Source: Candidatus Omnitrophota bacterium (GTDB lineage Bacteria > Omnitrophota > Omnitrophia > Omnitrophales > Aquincolibacteriaceae). Taken from it: a stretch of DNA of 64,000 bases. A program made the translations under genes and the position numbers. Below, one piece after another: positions 25,801 to 34,200 of the stretch; within the stretch, counting starts at the first letter, position 1, and every line of letters starts with the position of its first letter. The notes below the pieces were generated by a model that saw only the letters and a program-made list of their open reading frames with translations, did no database searches and was not told the DNA's origin. Where the stretch lies: assembly GCA_903884815.1 (NCBI GenBank), contig CAISGE010000058.1:6583-70582 (forward strand). Reading direction: 5' to 3'.

Positions 25801-28800
25801 GTGGAGCCGGTGAATGAAGAGCTCGATAGACTGAAGCACGAATATCCTTCACTGCGCGTTCTGAGAGTGGAGGGCGAGATTGCATTCAGTATGTTTTTAA
25901 AGCCGCTTTTGGGCGCAATGTTGACGCAGGATTTCAAGGGAAAGGTGGTCGAGGATATCGGGACTGGAAACGGCGTTCTCATGCAGGCCTCCTCGGCGCT
26001 TGGCGCGTCGGGGACGGTGGGGATCGATACGGATCTGGAATCTCTTGAGAAGGCGGATGCAGATTTGAAACGGGCAGGGAAGAAGGGCATTCTTCTCAGA
26101 AAAGATCAGTGGAAAACGGACCCTCCGGGTCTGAATGAAGGCCTGGATTATGTCTTAGTGGAGGCGGATCTTGCGGACTGGTTCGCTCCCGAGAACGCCA
26201 AAGCCCGAACGCGTATCCTGGGAGGGAAGGAGGCCGATATCCGATTGTCGAATTTCGGTTCCTGGCCTGATTACGCGACGCTGGAGGACGTGCTTCGGGG
26301 GGCTTCGGCAGCGCACGACACGCTTGTCGCGGATTCGACTTCGAGAAATATTCCTGTCGTGATGTTGGGAGGATATCGTTTGGGATTTTCCGGCTTTGAC
26401 GTCAATGGTAAGGAGGTGGATAGAACCGCCGGATCTCCCCTCGCGACATTCTCTGAAAAAGGATGGAAGACAGCGTTGTTCGCTTCCGGCAATCTTCAAG
26501 CCATCCTTGCGACCCGGTCTCGCTCGGAGACGCGGGGGGAACTGAAGTTCGATCCAAAGATCGCTAGTAGTGTTTCGCCTCTGCTTGGCATGATGACGGG
26601 ACAAATGCCGGTCTGGTATTTCCTGATGGCGCTTGGGATCGATCCGGCAGCAGTGACGAGAGAAGATCTTCTTTCTTTGGGTGGCGGCGCCTCGGCAATC
26701 AGGCTAGCGCAGAAGCCGATGCTGGGTTTGTCCGTCCCGGAGCTGCAGTCTGCGGTACTCGATACTCTCAGACAGCTGACGAGTCATGACGAAGGGATCT
26801 TCGAAGCCCAAAGTCCACCGTATCTCAGGATCGAAAATGGAAGTCCTGTCGCGATCGTGTGGCCTGTGAGTGAGGGGACCGTGACTTATCCCTTTGAAAA
26901 ATTCACAGAAGCGCTTCAGAACGGGAGTTTCCCGACCGTTTATTCGCCCTCTGAAAAAACCTCTTCTTATGTGAAGATCGCAGTCCGCCAAGGGGTGGTT
27001 CAATCGGGCGTAGCGAAGATCTTGGGGATCGACGTGGCCGGGAAGGTTGCTGCGGATGTGGGTTGCGGATCAGGAGTGGTCAGTGTGGAGATGCTGAAGA
27101 AAGGAGCCGCTTCAGTCAGAGCCCTGGATATCAGTCTTCTCAAGATGATGAATACGCTGATGTCGGTGGCCCTCGACAAGGAGACGGCCCCGCTTCTTGA
27201 CCGCCTGAGACTTTTCCTGAATGAAATGCCTGCCGCGGATTTTTATGCTTTTAACGCGCCCACTCTGGGCGGAGAGACGCAAACGACGAGGGCCCTTTCA
27301 GAATCGATTAAAGCGGGCGAACCCGCCAATTGGGGGATAAGCGACAAGGTGCTAAAAGAAAAGATCCTGGATCAAGCATTTCAAAAGGCGAATCCGGGAG
27401 CGAAGTTCCTGCTGAGGATCTTTTTCAGGCGCCATTATGTTCCTGGCATTGAAGTGGAAGGCTTGGATATATTGGATGTCGACGAACTGCCGTCACTCGA
27501 GAAGCTTGTCGCGGATTCGGGGTGGAAGATCCCCAAGGGCCAGCCGGTGATCGCCGACGATCGCGAGGGACGCAGGTTTACCGCGCAGGCAACTTTTCTT
27601 CTCGACCGCTCCGAGATGCGAAAGATGGTCGTGTCTGAAAAATTTGCCGTAATGCTTCCGGGCTTGGAGGACAGGCACTATGCCTTCCAGATAGAGCGAA
27701 TGCCGCACTCGATCGGCAAATATCAAGAGGCGCCGGAATCATTCATTGTCCGTTTGTACGAAGGGGACCAGGAGAACTCATATGCGGGTATCTCCTTTAT
27801 GGCTTTTCCGTACCAAAAAGTGCTTTATCTGGAGAACTATGGTCCGGACTTTCCGGTTCTGGGAAAGGGGGCGCCCCGGTTAGGTCCCGGGCGCGCTTTG
27901 CTCGCGGAGATCCTGAAACGACTTCCCGAATACGATGGGTTCGATCTTATTGCCAATGGCTCACCGAAAATACGGGAGTCCTTCGCCAAATTCGGCAAAG
28001 GGTTGAATTTTAAGATGAAAGGGGAAATTACGGACGCTTACCGGGAAGAGCTCATCGCACGGGCCGGCTGGTTGCCGAAGAATACGAAAAGAGTGCTCAT
28101 GCATATCTCGACTGGGGAACTGATCCAGTCGGGATATTTAACGCCGGATCAGTTCGACAAATATTTACGTATCGCGTCTCACATGAACATGGTCGCGAAA
28201 ATCTCGCTCAAAGATCTAGAGTCTGACCGTTTGGAGGGCAGCACTGAGACGCGGGCGGAAAAGAGGGACTATTATGAGGTCCTGGGTGTTGCTAGAGACG
28301 CATCCTACGGTCAAATTAAGAAGGCGTACCGGAAAAAGGCTCCGAAGGTTCACCCGGACACGAATCCCAATGACCCGAAGGCCGAGGAAAAATTCAAGGA
28401 ACTCGGGGAGGCGTACGAGGTTTTATCGGATTCCGATAAACGTGCGGCCTATGATCGCTATGGTCATAGTGCCTTTACAGCGGGAGGTGTCACCAGGAGA
28501 GCGGACCCCTACGCGGAATTTAATGCCGCAATGCAAAAAGCTGAAGCAGAGGCAAGAGCCGAACGCGAACGTCAAGCTCAACAAGCTTACGCGAAAGCCA
28601 TTGACGCGTTATTGGGTCTGGCGATCGTCGACGGGATGGATTTTGACGCGGCTCTAAAAGAGTTAAGGCGACTGGAAGGAGTTTTCGGGAAAGCTTCTGA
28701 GCAATGGAGCGCAAAGGACCTTCAGCCGCCTCAGGCTATGGAACAGCTTGCCAAAAAACGCGAGGCGGTGCTTCAGGCTCAGCGGAAAGCGCAGCGGGAT

Positions 28801-30921
28801 CTTGCCGACGCGCAAGCGGCACAAATGCGTGCGGCGATTGGGAGTGCCTCCAACCCGCGTGAGGCGCTCGCATCTCTAACAGTGCTGAATCCCGCCGGAA
28901 ACAAGAAGCTTGGAGAATTTCAGATACAAGGACCCGCGGCAGATGTCTACGGGGAATTGTTTGAACAAGCCAAGAAAGCCGCAGATGCCTATGAAGAACA
29001 AGTGGAGGGAGAACTTAGGAGCCTTACGCAACAAGTAGAGGTGATAGGAAAAGGGATTTCTCCTGAGATGACGCTAGCCCAACTATCCGAAGCAGAAGCC
29101 ACCCTCCAACCTTTTAAAGCCAGGGCTGCGGAAATTTCTCGCGGGAGTGGAGATGCCCATGCAAAGATGGAAGAAGCACTTAAGCGCGTCAGATTTGTTA
29201 TCCACGACCGGATGGTCCCTTTGCTTAAGGTGGAGCTTGACGCATTGCAAGGGAAAATCAAGGCCGTTGGTTTTGTCGCCCGCGAAGGTATCTACGCGGT
29301 GATTGATGGCTTGGAGAGTGACGCCAGGGCCCTTGAAGAGATGCTTGGCGGTGATAAATATCATTTAGACAAGATATGGTTTGCCGGCGCACACGTTGAT
29401 ATCGGAGAGTTGCGAGTGGCTTTACTCCGCGGTGAACTTGAGGCGCTGCAACAGAAAATAAAAAATGTTGGCTTTGAGCCCAAGGAAGAAGTGTATACAG
29501 CGCTTGATGGGCTGGAGACGGACGTTCGAACTTTTGAAGAGAAGGCTCAAGCGGTTCTTAAGAGTAACGAATATTATTTGGGAAAGATCTGGTTTGCCGG
29601 CGCGCAAGTGGATCTTAAGAACACACGAGTAAATCTGCTGCGCAGAGAGCTCGAAGTATTGCAGGGGAAAATCAATGCTGTGGGGTATGAGCCCACGGAA
29701 GGAGCGTATGCCGCGCTGGGTGCTCTGGGGGATGATATTCGTGCACTCGAAGAGAGGGCTCAAAGGGTCCTTAAGAATGATACTATTTATCTGAGCAAGA
29801 TTTGGTTCGCCGGTGCGCAAGTCGATCTTAGGAAACGACAAGTTTATCTCTTGGGAAAAGAACTGGAAGCCATCAAGGACCGGGTTTCGAATGGCGATCC
29901 CGGAGTGCTTGAAGAATCGGTGACGGAACTTGAAGCGAAAGCGAACCGGGTGCTTCAAGAAAATCAGTTCTATTTCGGGAAAATTCCGTTTGCAGATGTT
30001 CGTTTTCATATCAAGCAAAGGCGTGAACGGGTGACACCGGAGGACGATCGCCCCCGTCGCGGCGAACTTCGCGTGTCTGATGCCGTGCTCGTCGGGGGGG
30101 CGCTCAAACCGGGAGGGAACCGGGAGATCCCTGAGGCGGTGGCGGTGAAGATCACGACGAAAAGCATCGAGGAGCTGGAGGCTTTCATTTCATCCGTTGC
30201 AAAAGCGGCGGAAGCGGAGGCTCTGGCGATGGGCGCGGCGGAAGCCTTGCCGAGTCAGGAGATGGCCGATGCATTCAAGCAGCATGGCGATAGCGTGGAC
30301 GCAAAATTCCGGGATCTCTTTAAGGCCTACGTTCAGAAACCGCACGCGACCGGTGACGGGACTTTATCGATCGGGTTAGTGATGGACCCGGATGGAAATG
30401 ACTTGTTCTTTAAAGCCTTGGTGGCGGCGCTTGCTGAGTCTCAGTGCCCGGTTGAGTTGCTGGGCCTTGCCGATGCGCTCAATAGTCCGGAATTCCAGCC
30501 ATTGATCAAGCAAAAGCAGATCAAGCTGCGTCCTCTTCACCCCCAGGATTTCAGAAAACCCATCGGGATCCGGGGGGGGAGTGAGGCCCCTGTCGCGCTG
30601 GGTGCCTCATTCCAGAATGTTCCGATGAACGAAATGTTCCACAAGGTATCGCTGGACCTTGGAGATGGCTCCATAGATGCGTTGACGAGCGCGCATTCGA
30701 AGAAGCTTTTCGCCTACGCGCCGGTTTTGATAGGCTTGTTTGTCCAGGAGGATGCGTATCAGGAGCAGAAGCCGGAGAATAAAGCCGCTTATCTCCAGCA
30801 CCGGCTGGAAGAGGTTCTCGGAATACCCATCAGAATAGACACGAACAACGGTGCTTTTTCCATCGTCGCCTCCGAGGTCCAGGCCTATATCGCCCAACTC
30901 GCCGTTGGCACTGCTGCCTAA
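1882..30921 (+). CDS. giant modular membrane-associated multi-domain protein (9,679 aa) with N-terminal Sec signal peptide
   Basis: Uninterrupted 29,040-bp ORF, which chance cannot produce. N-terminal signal [37 protein letters not shown]. Multiple recognisable catalytic motifs and TM segments are detailed in the sub-features below. Antisense ORFs on the minus strand are treated as shadows. Confidence 0.85.
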   Translation: MMKKSITKIQSHGAVTKAIALAVAFVFTCTSVTWADPAAASKTSLVAPAPVGDLALDLGKVSLPAEMGKIVETYRGTGDKTVVLVQDAHSIPDAQRSIRSVIEFFQKSYGVSTVGLEGAASELDAQIFKSFPDKERLERTFDQYAARGELTGGSAAAIFSKAPAEYHGIEDWKLYEQGIALYLAATKAGEAAGQQLAEEEMKLEGEKATVYSKELLEVDRALRDFEANKIDLAALLVSLNRYLAPTAGSELAVLTAEVDREGVSDIPVETEIKEIANKAEAFLKADPSTAGDFKTLNGKVQEFRTAQITPQAFALYLKEIVKRHGIKVKVSAKLARLVQDQKLLRDIEGTKLFGDLKRYEDQVKASLMRPTDTPGVDRVEAMRELDRRSRGLDLLKRLAKLELSFEDWTIVKRSTVNGQRSTNTPGVEYRSGNGNTPGVDRVEQLSIDPILLSRLEENIQFYRVAEQRDAAFFKNLSSLMQKDFRRTPYALRQTPRSALLIAGGFHTGGMTRIFKEQGISYLLIQPKIAQMPTEPLYREHMQGKVSWSKYFEVRDGQVNLYDAFVRGARDQLLGTVDLKNPLSAVLPTPYSVRKDWRDQILRDLAAEGRITEASSYTRFIDELSSSAVHRTPYAEEWLANIRKFGEGLKQLKLGGTLTVANIQQLVRSITIPAMAIGAELSPDSTSLPLVRPESDSRNLAQSISGDWKDEPAKPESRAPDAIVHNEGERRELREKRKREILDCDLMKNLQSRYPRVMSFVAEFLEPDHILKERIMNEIDGLEDAAVLAEVNNGLNQFPETRGVNEYGLYNPATVETLFLTLTAGIEDIPQVLASISAVASSMSIERMKQSKDESYVIKRIEHFYLFFHALEILSKTQGKALIDRFERALAEARAESRTPKGKAVVSETPSDKVRVPDEPWKNFPNFSKNLQAALRQIFEEINNAYGNKILLASITPECSIMKGTAMPYSDADGLIVIHDFKTSEELIEAQKVLERKMTRNFINVAEKGFEMPSWISVEEIKAARKKQAGAPEPHLGKQILRKASWAVHYFSRVYEAKDTIEALAIPKLDKPGSLPRNQNKLLYREDLFRLWPSLSPDLKKLVWQIHMALTPHGNVDNERPEISGTYEQIKELEKLGLLTIRRETPFERDRKPGEKPSRINAVATWVQVTLDLKEANGQKGLYRSESRTPKGKAVVSETPAARPEAGGQTHAIPPAMAAANTEDLEKPLVLSASFKVGPDADEEGLRNISRQVNRDLLPQDLEIPSAGLRLERDPQDFLNLVEGDNAEESLIVGIFIHNAVDAIADLAEAEKRPIEGRITLTLSRQGRNILVELSDNGIGIPRTILRRFSEEGPVTTKPPPHTGKRLGGFGVGRAQIYGVVAERKGSVEIETRTSREGAWKKVIDYGTYRAMGRNGVGSRLRPSGRQTVGTTIRWIIPANRSETREVTTSPAVTAEEIEAIDRVSVAIRSLFHGANNPVEISVDLEHIKIMLFSLAGIQNSGYIAKFMDKVIAGLKTLGEEFRDASRAGTLTAANARQYGKRLSDLLEEIKRREAKLKIMRTELTGTPERQLAVKNKATEEAINKKREIFSDIFESFDLVIGKLQSRVEIATGSTASYASQDVARILDEIRGQFKNVKVENKLSAPVMVHANPWALHSALWVIIDNAVSYSEGEDGQYKTVQVTLAEENGKARIDVRDLGAGTNDFKDIDSVTQRPRPFNRDFSKRPGGTGIGLTEAWIVLVKAMGGTIEVHSVPGEGTTFTIRLPIRSEGRNRKTPAAGGAESVLKVDGLFDTKKILEMVNAGLLDHIKVFVFDYDGTLAPDRKPMSSEMVEALLALLATGRKVIILTNADFIRLKVSLDGSVARNGKTIQANLRAEDELWVYGERGGSARRMRPAGYESFPDHAIAYAPGAVEAITAAFESIRDNFKADPAFAGQELKLQVFNDVATNPWCFVRFKLMGDREIPEKKMIQIGASLRKFLKDRGIKLPKGTGPFVFKKPYSYPTEIDGIQYASGVYHIAFLPSEKRKALREKIIPLHCDGKVEEMFYAGDGFFKGSDKEVEGVKDLTKANVEDPDGTLEIANAFLARFNNVSAAADDSRAETREARYAALREERDLNVWSGLFTGYQDAFARGEKGTTRPVLSPYALSPMKLARKVLIEERTRGAFASRLDFIERFARMKFDDSEIHGLDPGAVAEWAILHLNQAFLNRYSVLQEVDSVSLSYEEWRTLLEEIRASEPALFEYLDFEGYLDSTVAFQPYTGESNIEAQLKDPRHPETAIIVKMIAMKLFGENPQMLDGMHLTKGTHISLSSGLVVSEEVDRSGESAAELLDDFFTVEEWTSHALMDPDWGYYGSGKVVFGNHFNTAPQTLRPYFGKLVAEQAFKMWRGMRDAGTIHRGESFHVREPAAGDGQLMEDFLQHALERSAADADWKEFYEALLYEAIEPNPVTAQGIRARNHGLETSGKIRVWQEDAFQFFNRARTKPVKGVVISNEFLDNMPTHQIRISRSGKVEVGVVMPRISKRALSYFARRGFLNDQPGIRFIPDRDDPDYFLVSKGTFLVMRKQLEKPENSIFKTLLRGEMELALTYVDAAGFPELENYAKINEKEIHEAMERMEGEEDHLTAMVSLKNVEYLGLVKDSLSAGYVFTLDYGFPADLVFSPAMRQMDIYHDPRREINYYSDVGDFDITFKQDLSFVMRSAEALSLKTKFLGNEGALTAGTGIDLGSYEARKTMFRAGFQRLRDAFGQNSKSNLAQSGFDAADRASLASLIQAVVEQFPLDELSEAAAKKQSTLAILRSFARKALTASASEHDAQAESEIQMMMVPLVEGLQNYIHVTDAQTEAFLKASQRDEMGVPFSVLLAVHQVPHTDDHYEYPEGFEDLRYLLLGEGEASRSTPEAGGARPWNAILDKLIRNMKNSHNDCVLKGREALINKLEADERDRGAFSQADFANRLLPILSEHVSGVETHELLGWFHRALFPPASGERRSETHSKSASEPGSRAGHSTAVTLSEVLAAPDAAMKFQIPDIKNPGRMIELERIVPKEDEPVAKREGLLAGTRLLSFNVAGLKDSILTLKYSEADNVVEVLYISVRGGQDRGLAQSVYQWIARTAPPGHRILISPFNEPAQLVFLRSVELAGIELVIDRRTLNDRDIIEALNVPADQNQMDSLDYLRLVLTHPRLERTFVEGRTPDGVTGIIFRQRPSETVKAGEGDWLALGPGERTAQELRIKVRGMRPGGSVVEEATAIFRPAGYFEIVDQRGDEILSGRLSVVPVTKISGNPVRSETRLDEIDDYVPEPFDVTVSGVATAGQLLHLRPIKGLRPILKAFPHARGRLTLLDSSDGTATTADVRSIMSILLMTVQPGVKILVETGGENAQGFFDAIISWIEANDEKSLPVMIGQSADILALSGVKYAAQDPEELAAVSAEKIRKLAGDSAKNSEGEVPNASVVLRWKNPVSRKKDIQLAVAPSWIGHLLSHPDLAAAAGMAMTGKPGGPDLKLHGYYRLLVDFDGHKKLVSITILPDVGVFDESKKPGAPQKERVKAEKQFRDDVILLARFCAKMTEAYGLTEREKDAIQVDILGFDEWAAALRAKERGTPISDEDREEGGAITLSQLKALAAWPLENPWHIENFGDRSEVRAPEVLPSVASIYERLPAAINELLGEAGLSETELAAARNMTELLTDIYKDMGLAGEEFYHNMAHNLEVTYLSLLAAAGRPEGPNAWDAKILFVSSMLHDFHVRKPHMNPPVVEQTLRQLKPVFHNEPAVGLEAADVPVYEALFTTERQAALKAALAGVLGDVPLLEAVPAIEAIIRRSDFDPSPVESENISARFLQALYKIPAGSQQRHVVNLAWLMQMIDYAGFYCLLDQEAVLQKVIPGLANEKGADKASAEGTYRYFLKLKLASGDNEGDTALAIVRLLPEVFRRNLLSSFASFAALSKASDSWKAKEPEVCAKLGVEMYETRIPEYRVWVRLIEAEIRESPLEMWEGMKESFVSGIYEGRRVLPDDLVSFLKAFAESHLKLLTSAAAPGGESQVPESSEKGNILKNIRAIRDHLWKFFDSGQYPDPEIHRTILKLNAILRSESRTPPEGKAPGKTVWDRVKTVFVWAMWITGGVLCLGIPLAGIILYHWDKGLSGVPMGLYLGGACLAIGDSFFFERIVERWQKRITSYFETRLMHWMRQHEPSLWYLILSYKTDDAKDRLLKIYRDRFFRKSSFEKYMNAVNKVLESIRAVHPDLWVDVLALLNGGLLYDEYGRGEKDMGIVRDLVTDDILFGDLKPKPEAPEVVEFIASGLSRDFGRIKFGDDPFSSTDHEKFISLFNRLPKHFGIRVLRFGKNKYALGVSLIEAHGPEYRWPLIKQWGKIFINRTALATSLVETPSVKPTAISRERERFSPDRLPESVKLKEGNTRLVYLAFPYPDEGNYPSPDAQGPLYPRGLRGRPSENISDHIFFELGDGKILPKYSTDDEAPAYAVVIDLPADLAKQALLMEAHDVPAPDAKGQLTFDPAFANLAFLFSEKSKPNIIGVIDRATLEFIPNESRSEARPGVVRDPQQVVAYVNEILKRFPDSLASEWKARLEGFRTFSPAPGRYEGMVAELKEFTVALNDSVMKARGSAGFQAVLPVVIDLDGFVSALPRSEMHSSTSGSGNQRLDAYETKGGRTTVAKKLLKVGLWAGLPPVIAAVIVNFAALFYLKHHEERVYPGDGFELGVYPYAQVDGKNIFYVSNGPLYGESTKIKGERFNIGLVRSMGKTINIYNPNASGSAQQKAIFLKNKSGEIRIIAAADFSAEKYPLEDWPDAFQAGPLAVIDGKINESIYSWNESHDGRKVFIGVDATQRNLFVLELYGNDAAGYTAPGTKEFKMKVERFVHGHAILDGMWTDGGTMGKEPGQRKPVTVLGGKLIPQAGPRNERRLNPIDSSNSKRTWILGSVIAALAIGMLIVKVVEPSSSEKEAELRRNGEHSQTIVPAPLEGGPQVTRRAPRQVNVPYDDATLQEIKKVKKDVASQFGMTVDGYPRPFKKFLDEYLGSRYLANPKDPLLLTKDLPTLCEHALKNHPQLIWEPGNRPLPRAGEIVIEENISELEPLRLSNGDIIQTAIPTIYLNYKEIMPLENVPEPGGPRSEMRRKRETLTSASNPEEIVAGGRVASRREFQKAIEGSARTKIVGPQWMRYRKLENAADASRFLKNGKVDILETKQWGGPYISSPSPGFLHPIFADVREKTHLVVELTPSAVEKAGYVGAPGASGEFFLRDVERAWIVKDEESGRIRYQEVRLVGDRMLARAIRYWIQNWKEKITEILDSWRKVLGEDEMNALFEKLKAEGGIPKGITIDAKADAAGGVLIDIRRRTTRDRPVTLLRFKPQWIADPEDKDMQIQVPGQRITRIFAGGGKLYVEYLSSRELFPERRYRVVDLKDPREMKSEDLSQAELGAKSPEILKIFRPSRQGFKKIYSESKKHQLWVEAVLGLGAVGALFDRFLTPETVNAVVLWAKPVFYDLYNKTSRDPVYFWMGAYLAFAIGGLAYHAGLFGVIFEYIRLPFGLMAMGIRFVAAGGAYLLETITYVTPIPDSLYDLGFMNRSPDAGDIEKLRSTESMSGNPAGILGIKTGGERSETRLQANLAISDVEASQLAREVSNILGQGTTLLRKETIKINDQSFDVEATEEMMPLNNEEIYKQPVYANRITRIGSFVFVIPPHGETREEIEQQFAKLRKSSDLFRNYEGNVLVVEGTAFDYADEHMIHPQTRFAIALMLSEAKALRGEVFEDYGTGPGILSRVAFRLGARKGIMYEKERGALKLARAHLNAEGLREDTDFFIVRQDLLSTQNAGSLLKRLGRLFGFGLQRDAELRDAQNEASIALINIGPEYGEVNYQADSLASSHPGERLLINTGYLLAEPADVAMQKQQIENATLLLKKDGWKVDRVELPEGYAALVARRQSQNQRNEMRAEKYAVKIPGAGNGRTTEVWLDGELALALRNMPAGTSVTLWGSAAVAMLLAQRGPLAAHRLGDFIGDVDLVIHHGDESAIRSAFLRAGEQAQEKPLSVSIHEPSLLDKLHNTMHFTAYDLPLRITVGEDRQLTIEFDTQPATATGQESRERDISAYLEDLLNKRLVTPWPAMSIEDAIRGVRAMLVFGLMPDKVELQKIKDVLTVEEPWIGKSAFLRDLDRAGSDGLALLKDQGLLDTRLKEWLIGRSPTEFPEKRNEMRVVEAAQIENLLREERHPFEYYIEDPVLAYPIDEAPAWILDHLKLANMLVFPQTQGAPFTNPAGESLAGFYVMLKFRNGDINPYLVGHDYFEREYSGEEDPVKRENFIDDNGLKTGGLDFGEKTPLFQKRHPVKLFKMSELPNYPVWENISIRHPNGVLQEKPAGEDAYILQDMDGKIEMTPGDIPSGYQSLKLINQDRLALEGFTVGKPLTDMAIQGVKSLGQGGSSRVYPMKGMPGFVLRLPLPGLSVSEINQAEEELFTQAKLMELFNKDGGIETLSALDKMGTMDNGTLYMVRSGPWKAYTMESGEAEKIPPVEKVRILRLMLETLAWVHRHGFHGDIKPENILVEEGTLEPKLNDFSAVRATNIHDPGSYRIVGETAGYSPTDILGPVYEDLPINPAWDIHAFARTILAILSAPPEADTGYSRIENVIWRMKKYGNYKLFEADLLGDLLGETLPGIGLSPVWDQFLMSTIAWRFVSSARSQRQTVPKAQWQGVLNQALSIRMRPEDYQPYRARLDGETQALVDKLLRGETMTDREIVHINRRVLELSSPDQIAKAPKPEVDGNVDLFLEKIPQAQKEALRPLIQLALTRGYEVLPEGYSAQKFLEEFDAATKVLFPDGAPFVHGLRQRAEIRSPEQIPELVRGQAPTTSGIKEGENRAETRTSSVMSRRNFLKGAVVAASVAALPTPGLAFSSSPAQTTAKVIVPILPENGFYDDEGFSFVDIYDMDRSADSAQDREKLYAPRLYAYKNGEAYRVLESGERVRSDFWTENIKNRGRFTSLPILIPQHIKEAGLFPSKAETDDEDWLLAQVRDHTRWAAGAVYSLLRSASPRIMESLTDLMAAEDPSPKLAIARELGRTDWWRSDAGEFSDRSRIVGLRSQRFTDAYIDYVKHHGRGKDIYGHDAVEYFSRYLRNRFKYTQAGSRYVIGPRSHFYATSQPGLTPTNIKALMDIIFKQKFYEIIPALYFNDVGGFLGEFSTKENSAPLDTKARPEGIQREYGVAPEEWEVWFLRGTYEGCHWMRNNGAKEWEQEWSRVHDNVYFDERSDRNRDDVIRLVKNPDKSMEVRELALELTVMSGSVPSFDLLDDILSGRQCPELQDTSRRLNQIYAFRRPGVTDHVLFSVANNHWVQGILAVGGGAAVYFIGRKIWRDLSDRGSGYPRTRTIWDRPPFSERLRRWAENLWIDARNKVADLWNKAVGVAEIINQKFLKMKLQAFAFWLQPKMFARERGVPALIGMAAYGIFAVRNRIAEFNRSVSHVFYRFAISGWVNRRVNIFFDRNQPVQEQIQGAFNRFAGTLGEHPEPTFIRVTLPELKERKKFRRGFEQNSLDVAKILMRSFKYFEKDYIALLKRSPEVIEFVFLDDPSSPAGWVQMDASAVHINLHGLDVAKWGTDIEKVSGTLRHEIFHKLDFHHRVFTQPEWFQAVREAGFDGFFDGDKYLPLDEIERSTGFVPAASDTEMPGILQGDGTVDLFQVVDADGNTVQRGWRDFVDHVYARMRKANYRSWVHQGADGEKRVYTNLMTYLMESFLFPQEMKTWEKRVEEEGFKVHVTFSEPEAYRFFTPHEYLAEFAMAYFEKGADRKKIVQEWAGGAYLDRLLQKIMSEKAGITLASDRRTEAQISEKAVTSEKSPAQGMPGELLAVGRPEIRSPGQFPELVRVRAPITSGIKEGEKRAETRSGNAGNPVTEEAIPAEAFKKLHELIDDPKVTGQYRVRHKFLDGESVLGSGHMFPVFMHRYSDEETIKTACLRVGSLLVVSDEYLNVEPVNEELDRLKHEYPSLRVLRVEGEIAFSMFLKPLLGAMLTQDFKGKVVEDIGTGNGVLMQASSALGASGTVGIDTDLESLEKADADLKRAGKKGILLRKDQWKTDPPGLNEGLDYVLVEADLADWFAPENAKARTRILGGKEADIRLSNFGSWPDYATLEDVLRGASAAHDTLVADSTSRNIPVVMLGGYRLGFSGFDVNGKEVDRTAGSPLATFSEKGWKTALFASGNLQAILATRSRSETRGELKFDPKIASSVSPLLGMMTGQMPVWYFLMALGIDPAAVTREDLLSLGGGASAIRLAQKPMLGLSVPELQSAVLDTLRQLTSHDEGIFEAQSPPYLRIENGSPVAIVWPVSEGTVTYPFEKFTEALQNGSFPTVYSPSEKTSSYVKIAVRQGVVQSGVAKILGIDVAGKVAADVGCGSGVVSVEMLKKGAASVRALDISLLKMMNTLMSVALDKETAPLLDRLRLFLNEMPAADFYAFNAPTLGGETQTTRALSESIKAGEPANWGISDKVLKEKILDQAFQKANPGAKFLLRIFFRRHYVPGIEVEGLDILDVDELPSLEKLVADSGWKIPKGQPVIADDREGRRFTAQATFLLDRSEMRKMVVSEKFAVMLPGLEDRHYAFQIERMPHSIGKYQEAPESFIVRLYEGDQENSYAGISFMAFPYQKVLYLENYGPDFPVLGKGAPRLGPGRALLAEILKRLPEYDGFDLIANGSPKIRESFAKFGKGLNFKMKGEITDAYREELIARAGWLPKNTKRVLMHISTGELIQSGYLTPDQFDKYLRIASHMNMVAKISLKDLESDRLEGSTETRAEKRDYYEVLGVARDASYGQIKKAYRKKAPKVHPDTNPNDPKAEEKFKELGEAYEVLSDSDKRAAYDRYGHSAFTAGGVTRRADPYAEFNAAMQKAEAEARAERERQAQQAYAKAIDALLGLAIVDGMDFDAALKELRRLEGVFGKASEQWSAKDLQPPQAMEQLAKKREAVLQAQRKAQRDLADAQAAQMRAAIGSASNPREALASLTVLNPAGNKKLGEFQIQGPAADVYGELFEQAKKAADAYEEQVEGELRSLTQQVEVIGKGISPEMTLAQLSEAEATLQPFKARAAEISRGSGDAHAKMEEALKRVRFVIHDRMVPLLKVELDALQGKIKAVGFVAREGIYAVIDGLESDARALEEMLGGDKYHLDKIWFAGAHVDIGELRVALLRGELEALQQKIKNVGFEPKEEVYTALDGLETDVRTFEEKAQAVLKSNEYYLGKIWFAGAQVDLKNTRVNLLRRELEVLQGKINAVGYEPTEGAYAALGALGDDIRALEERAQRVLKNDTIYLSKIWFAGAQVDLRKRQVYLLGKELEAIKDRVSNGDPGVLEESVTELEAKANRVLQENQFYFGKIPFADVRFHIKQRRERVTPEDDRPRRGELRVSDAVLVGGALKPGGNREIPEAVAVKITTKSIEELEAFISSVAKAAEAEALAMGAAEALPSQEMADAFKQHGDSVDAKFRDLFKAYVQKPHATGDGTLSIGLVMDPDGNDLFFKALVAALAESQCPVELLGLADALNSPEFQPLIKQKQIKLRPLHPQDFRKPIGIRGGSEAPVALGASFQNVPMNEMFHKVSLDLGDGSIDALTSAHSKKLFAYAPVLIGLFVQEDAYQEQKPENKAAYLQHRLEEVLGIPIRIDTNNGAFSIVASEVQAYIAQLAVGTAA
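3119..3146 (+). repeat. heptanucleotide SSR (GGTCAAC)x4, in-frame inside giant gene 1
   Basis: Four perfect tandem copies of GGTCAAC encode VNGQRSTN. A change of one unit would frameshift the 29-kb ORF. Confidence 0.8.
3335..3362 (+). repeat. 7-nt periodic repeat CCNTACG x4 (ccgtacg ccttacg ccttacg ccagacg)
   Basis: Read directly from the sequence. The 7-nt period is independent of codon periodicity. Related GTACNCC x3 tracts lie at 3634-3654 and 3763-3783. Confidence 0.7.
4562..4608 (+). repeat. 47-bp perfect direct repeat, copy 1 (encodes [15 protein letters not shown])
   Basis: ccgaatcccgcacgccaaaagggaaggcggttgtgtctgagacgccg is identical at 4562-4608 and 5432-5478, 870 bp apart, within coding sequence. 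Confidence 0.85.
5432..5478 (+). repeat. 47-bp perfect direct repeat, copy 2
   Basis: Identical to 4562-4608. Confidence 0.85.
5700..6080 (+). other. GHKL/HATPase_c-type ATPase domain #1 within giant gene 1
   Basis: N-box IHNAVDA, G1 box [10 protein letters not shown]2 box GGFGVGRAQ. Confidence 0.6.
6780..7190 (+). other. histidine-kinase-like HATPase_c domain #2 (no recognisable H-box upstream)
   Basis: IIDNAVSY (N box), DLGAG (G1), GGTGIGL (G2), [11 protein letters not shown] (G3). Preceded by a coiled-coil segment, but no SHELRTP-type phosphoacceptor motif was seen. Confidence 0.6.
7290..8000 (+). other. HAD-superfamily phosphatase domain, trehalose-6-phosphate-phosphatase-like
   Basis: Motif [14 protein letters not shown] (DxDGT) followed by KVIILTN (motif II Thr). 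FxDYDGTL is the T6PP signature. Confidence 0.55.
8700..9900 (+). other. DUF185/NDUFAF7-like SAM-dependent methyltransferase domain (tentative)
   Basis: GNHFNTAPQ...FGKLVAEQ...EPAAGDGQL...[14 protein letters not shown] resembles the family's SNEFFDALP motif. Confidence 0.4.
12960..13110 (+). other. HD-type phosphohydrolase motif region (tentative)
   Basis: [10 protein letters not shown] ... [13 protein letters not shown] gives an H...HD pattern. Confidence 0.35.
16000..16570 (+). other. NAGPA/phosphodiester-glycosidase-like domain (tentative)
   Basis: Segment [24 protein letters not shown]...[14 protein letters not shown]...[30 protein letters not shown]...[14 protein letters not shown] resembles the NAGPA family. 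Confidence 0.35.
19160..19330 (+). other. class I SAM methyltransferase motif I region
   Basis: [38 protein letters not shown] (DxGxGxG motif). Similar cores lie at 25951-25983 ([11 protein letters not shown]) and 27052-27081 ([10 protein letters not shown]). Confidence 0.5.
21100..21780 (+). other. Ser/Thr protein-kinase-like catalytic domain (possibly atypical)
   Basis: Gly-rich loop [10 protein letters not shown], catalytic loop [19 protein letters not shown] in place of DFG, and [10 protein letters not shown] as a subdomain-IX-like stretch. Confidence 0.55.
22390..22493 (+). repeat. about 100-bp linker repeat, copy 1 ([32 protein letters not shown])
   Basis: About 90% identical to 25448-25551 ([32 protein letters not shown]). 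Both end in the RAETR linker motif. Confidence 0.75.
22501..22581 (+). other. internal twin-arginine (Tat) signal-peptide-like segment at residue 6874 of giant gene 1
   Basis: In-frame [27 protein letters not shown]. The Tat consensus S/T-R-R-x-F-L-K is matched exactly and is followed by a hydrophobic core and an A-x-A-like site. Confidence 0.6.
24700..24760 (+). other. HExxH zinc-metallopeptidase-like motif
   Basis: [15 protein letters not shown]. Confidence 0.3.
25448..25551 (+). repeat. about 100-bp linker repeat, copy 2
   Basis: See 22390-22493. Confidence 0.75.
28267..28464 (+). other. DnaJ-type J-domain embedded near residue 8,800 of giant gene 1
   Basis: [66 protein letters not shown] contains the HPD tripeptide and is near-collinear with the E. 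coli DnaJ J-domain. Confidence 0.85.
29215..30010 (+). repeat. tandem 210-bp (70-aa) coiled-coil repeat array, about 3.8 units
   Basis: The unit Y-x-x-KIWFAGA(Q/H)VD-x5-LLRxELEALQxKIxxVGxEPxEGxYxALxxLxxDxRxLEExAQxVLK recurs with the KIWFAGA motif at 29383, 29593 and 29803. A degenerate KIPFADV follows at 29980. Confidence 0.8.
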
Positions 30922-30953
30922 TTATCATTAATTTCTTGATTGGAAATTAGCGT

Positions 30954-30997
30954 CGCCCTTGTCGGACATTAATGGAATGAAATAAACGACAAGGGCG
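30954..30997 (+). terminator. 11-bp stem / 22-nt loop hairpin 33 bp after the stop of giant gene 1
   Basis: CGCCCTTGTCG (30954-30964) pairs with CGACAAGGGCG (30987-30997). The large loop is atypical for an intrinsic terminator. Confidence 0.25.
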
Positions 30998-31013
30998 CAT
31001 AGCCTCCCCCTAG

Positions 31014-31046
31014 CGACCATTTCAACTGCGCTAGATGAAATGGTCG
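31014..31046 (+). terminator. perfect 10-bp stem hairpin between the giant genes
   Basis: CGACCATTTC (31014-31023), 13-nt loop, GAAATGGTCG (31037-31046). The nearest T6 run is about 28 nt downstream, so this may be a terminator or a regulatory structure. Confidence 0.3.
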
Positions 31047-31248
31047 AATGCATCTCTCAGATGGCCCATTTTTTAGTAAATCTAAAAAATATCTGCAACT
31101 CATTCCACCGTAATTACTTATGGTGTCCATCGAATTTGACACCTATGGGAAGTTATGTTACCTTTATAATGAACATTAAATAAGTGTTTAGTTCTGTCTC
31201 TCGTATAGAGAGAATTAAAATACCAGCCCAAAGGAAGTTACCGTTTAA

Positions 31249-34200
31249 ATGACGCAGTCCGAACTGTTTTCACAATTCTGGAAGCGCTCTGTCTCTCTGG
31301 GCGTTGCTCTGTCTTTTCTCGTGACAAGTGTGATCACGAATCCCGGTGTGGGCTATGGACAAACCGCGGGTATCGACTTTGCGAGAATCTTTTCAGCGCC
31401 AGTTGACCGGATGGCGGGACTTGCCGGATTGCCGGCGGAGATCGGCTCGGTTGTTGAAACATCAATTCGACAGACCCTAGACCACAGACCACAGACCACA
31501 GAAAAAAATGCAAGCCCTGCGGACCGTGGACCGCGGACTGAGGACTCGCTTGTCATTCTCCTCCAGGACGCTCACGCGAATCCAACCGCTCAGGAGAATA
31601 TTCGGCAGATCCTCCGCTATCTTTCCGGAAAATACAAAAATATGACCGTCGCTGTTGAAGGTTCCTCCGGCCAACTGCGCCCCGATTATTTCGATGTCAT
31701 CAAAAACCATCCCAAGGCCGGCGAGGCGATCCTTCGCGACCTCAGCGCCAAAGGCGAGATCACCGGAGCTGAGCTTTTTGCCTTTGAAGAGGCAAAAAAG
31801 TACGCAGTACGGGGTACGGCGTACGGCGAAAACGAGTCAGGTGGAAGGCTTACGGAGTATGGCGTGAAAGATTTAAACCCCGTACGCGGTACGCCTTCCG
31901 CCGTACGCGTCATGGGCGTTGAAAACACCGCGCTCTACCGCGAAGACTTGGAATTATTCCGTTCGGTTCAGAAAGATTTTCCTTCGATCACGAAGGCCCT
32001 CTTGCCCGTCCACGCGGCGCTGGATCAGGAAGCCTCCCGTGTTCTTTCACCCGAGCTGCGGGATTTCCTGAAGGAACGCGAGCGCCGGAAGAATGGCAAA
32101 TTCACAGCCTCTCAAACCGCCGGGGATCCTAATATCGCGGCCTATTCCAACTATCTCGCGAAACAGTCGAACAAGGTCCTGGCGATTGATCTTTCCGATG
32201 CCTTTGAGCAGTTGCGCTATCCGAATCTCATGCGCCTTCTCGCTCTCCAGAAGGATAAAGAAATCACGGATCCGGAGGCCGTCACCGCCGCGTGGGAAAA
32301 ATTCATGATCGATCTCGGCAATAAGATCTCCCAGGAAAAGGAATTTCTTTCGGCGCTGCGCTACTTTGCGGTCACGAACGGGCTTGTTCAGTCAAAGCGT
32401 CCGGCGGGGGAACTTCCGTTCCTCTATTCCAAAGAACTTCTTCCAAGAAAACTGCTTGAGTATCTCTATCACCTGAAGACCTCGGCCGGAATCCGGATGG
32501 AGGACTATCCGGTGGTTTTGAAGTCCTTCCGTTCGCTGATCCTGCGCTGCGAGATCGATGCCGCGGGCCTTTTTGAGGAAATGGATTCGCTTGAAGGCCT
32601 GATCACAGCCAAGCTCGCGGTAAGCGACGCGGAGAAAGCGCTCGTCAAACGTTTCGCGTTCCTTGAAAGACTTGAGAAAGCACTCCGACTCGAACTCGAT
32701 CGCAAAGAATACCGCGCTCTTGTGGCGGAGAAGGCATCCCTCCAGGAATTCACCAAGGCTTCGGACTTGCTTGCTGCGTCGCTTGACCGCGCGCTGAAAT
32801 TTTATGAACTTGCCGAGAAGCGCGACAGCGTGTTGCTCGAAAATGCCCTTGAGCTCGAAGCGGAAGGCGTACGTCGTACGGCGGATGACGGAAAATCAGG
32901 CTTGGCGCCTTCCGCCCTACACCTTCCGCTTTCCGAGGTGATTGTTCTTATCACCGGCGGCTTTCACACGGACGGGATCAAGGCGATCCTGGAGGAAAAG
33001 GGGATCCAGCACGCGGTCGTGATGCCGCGGATCACGTCGACCGATCACGGGGAGGCGTATCTTAAGACCATGAACGGCTCTAATTCCGACCTCTCAGCTT
33101 ATTTTAATGTCGCGAACCCGTTCCGGACAAAGCAGCAGGCCATTATTTTTAAAGGCATCATCGAAAACGCCGCTCCGTCTCTTGTTCAAGACGAAAATCT
33201 TTCCGTCTCGCAGGCCGCGAACCTTGTCCAGGACGCACTTACGAATCACCCGCTGCTCGCGAACGCCCTTCGCGCTGAATTTGCTCCCGTCATCCTGAGC
33301 GGAGCGAAGGATCTCAGCCGAGATTCTTCGGCTGGCGAGCCTCAGAATGACGAGTTGATCCATACGCTCATCATCACACCCGTTCAATTCCGTCCAACGC
33401 TGTCCGGCAATTCCGCCATTCCCGCGGAGCTCCTTTTCAGTCCCGATTATGAATCGACGGTGAGCACGGCGCCTTTTTCCGCCGCTGAAGTTACGATGAT
33501 GCCAGCGGGGAATATTGTCCGGCCGGTGGCGCTGTCATCCAAAAAAGTTTCGTTGAAATCGACCCGCGCCGAGACGCGGTCTTTTAAAAAAGCCGATCGC
33601 TCTGAGAAGCGGGATGAGCCATGGTTCCGGGCCAAGCGGCCTCTCAGAGACGGTGCCATTGCCGCGGCGATGATCGGGGCTTCCATCCTTTTGGTCCTCG
33701 CGCATCCCGGCTGGTATTTTGTCGTGCGCAACGGTCTGGGGCAGCTCGTCGGCCACCTGGCTTCGAGCCTTTTGGATAAAAAGTTCAACTTGCAGCGCTA
33801 CTTCCGGGCGGCCGCGTTCGGCGCGGGGTGGGCCCTGATCATTCCTCTTTACGCTTTCTGGATCCCCACGCTTCGGATCGCGCCGGTGGCGGGAGCGCAG
33901 CTGGATCTTTTCGGTTTCGCGCAGATTGGTGTCCTGGCCGGTTTCACGATCCTTGGAGAGATCTTCCTTCCGGCCCGGGATGGTGAGGGGACTTTGGGGC
34001 GGTTCTGGAGGACACTGAAATTCCAGACGAAGAACATCATTTACGCGGAAGGGGGATTTTTCATCAAGCAGATCACCTATTGGACGGCGCTCTCGGGGCT
34101 CTACTACGCTTCGGTCATTTCATTTCCCGCATTTTCACAGCTTATTGTGATCGCCGCCATGATCTTTGCGCTCCCGCAAGCCCTTGAATCCGTCCTTACA

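Noticed and set aside
31136-31170. TTGACA ... TATAAT hexamers upstream of giant gene 2
   Set aside because: Both are perfect consensus hexamers, but they are separated by 23 bp, too long for a canonical sigma70 promoter. I did not call it as a promoter.
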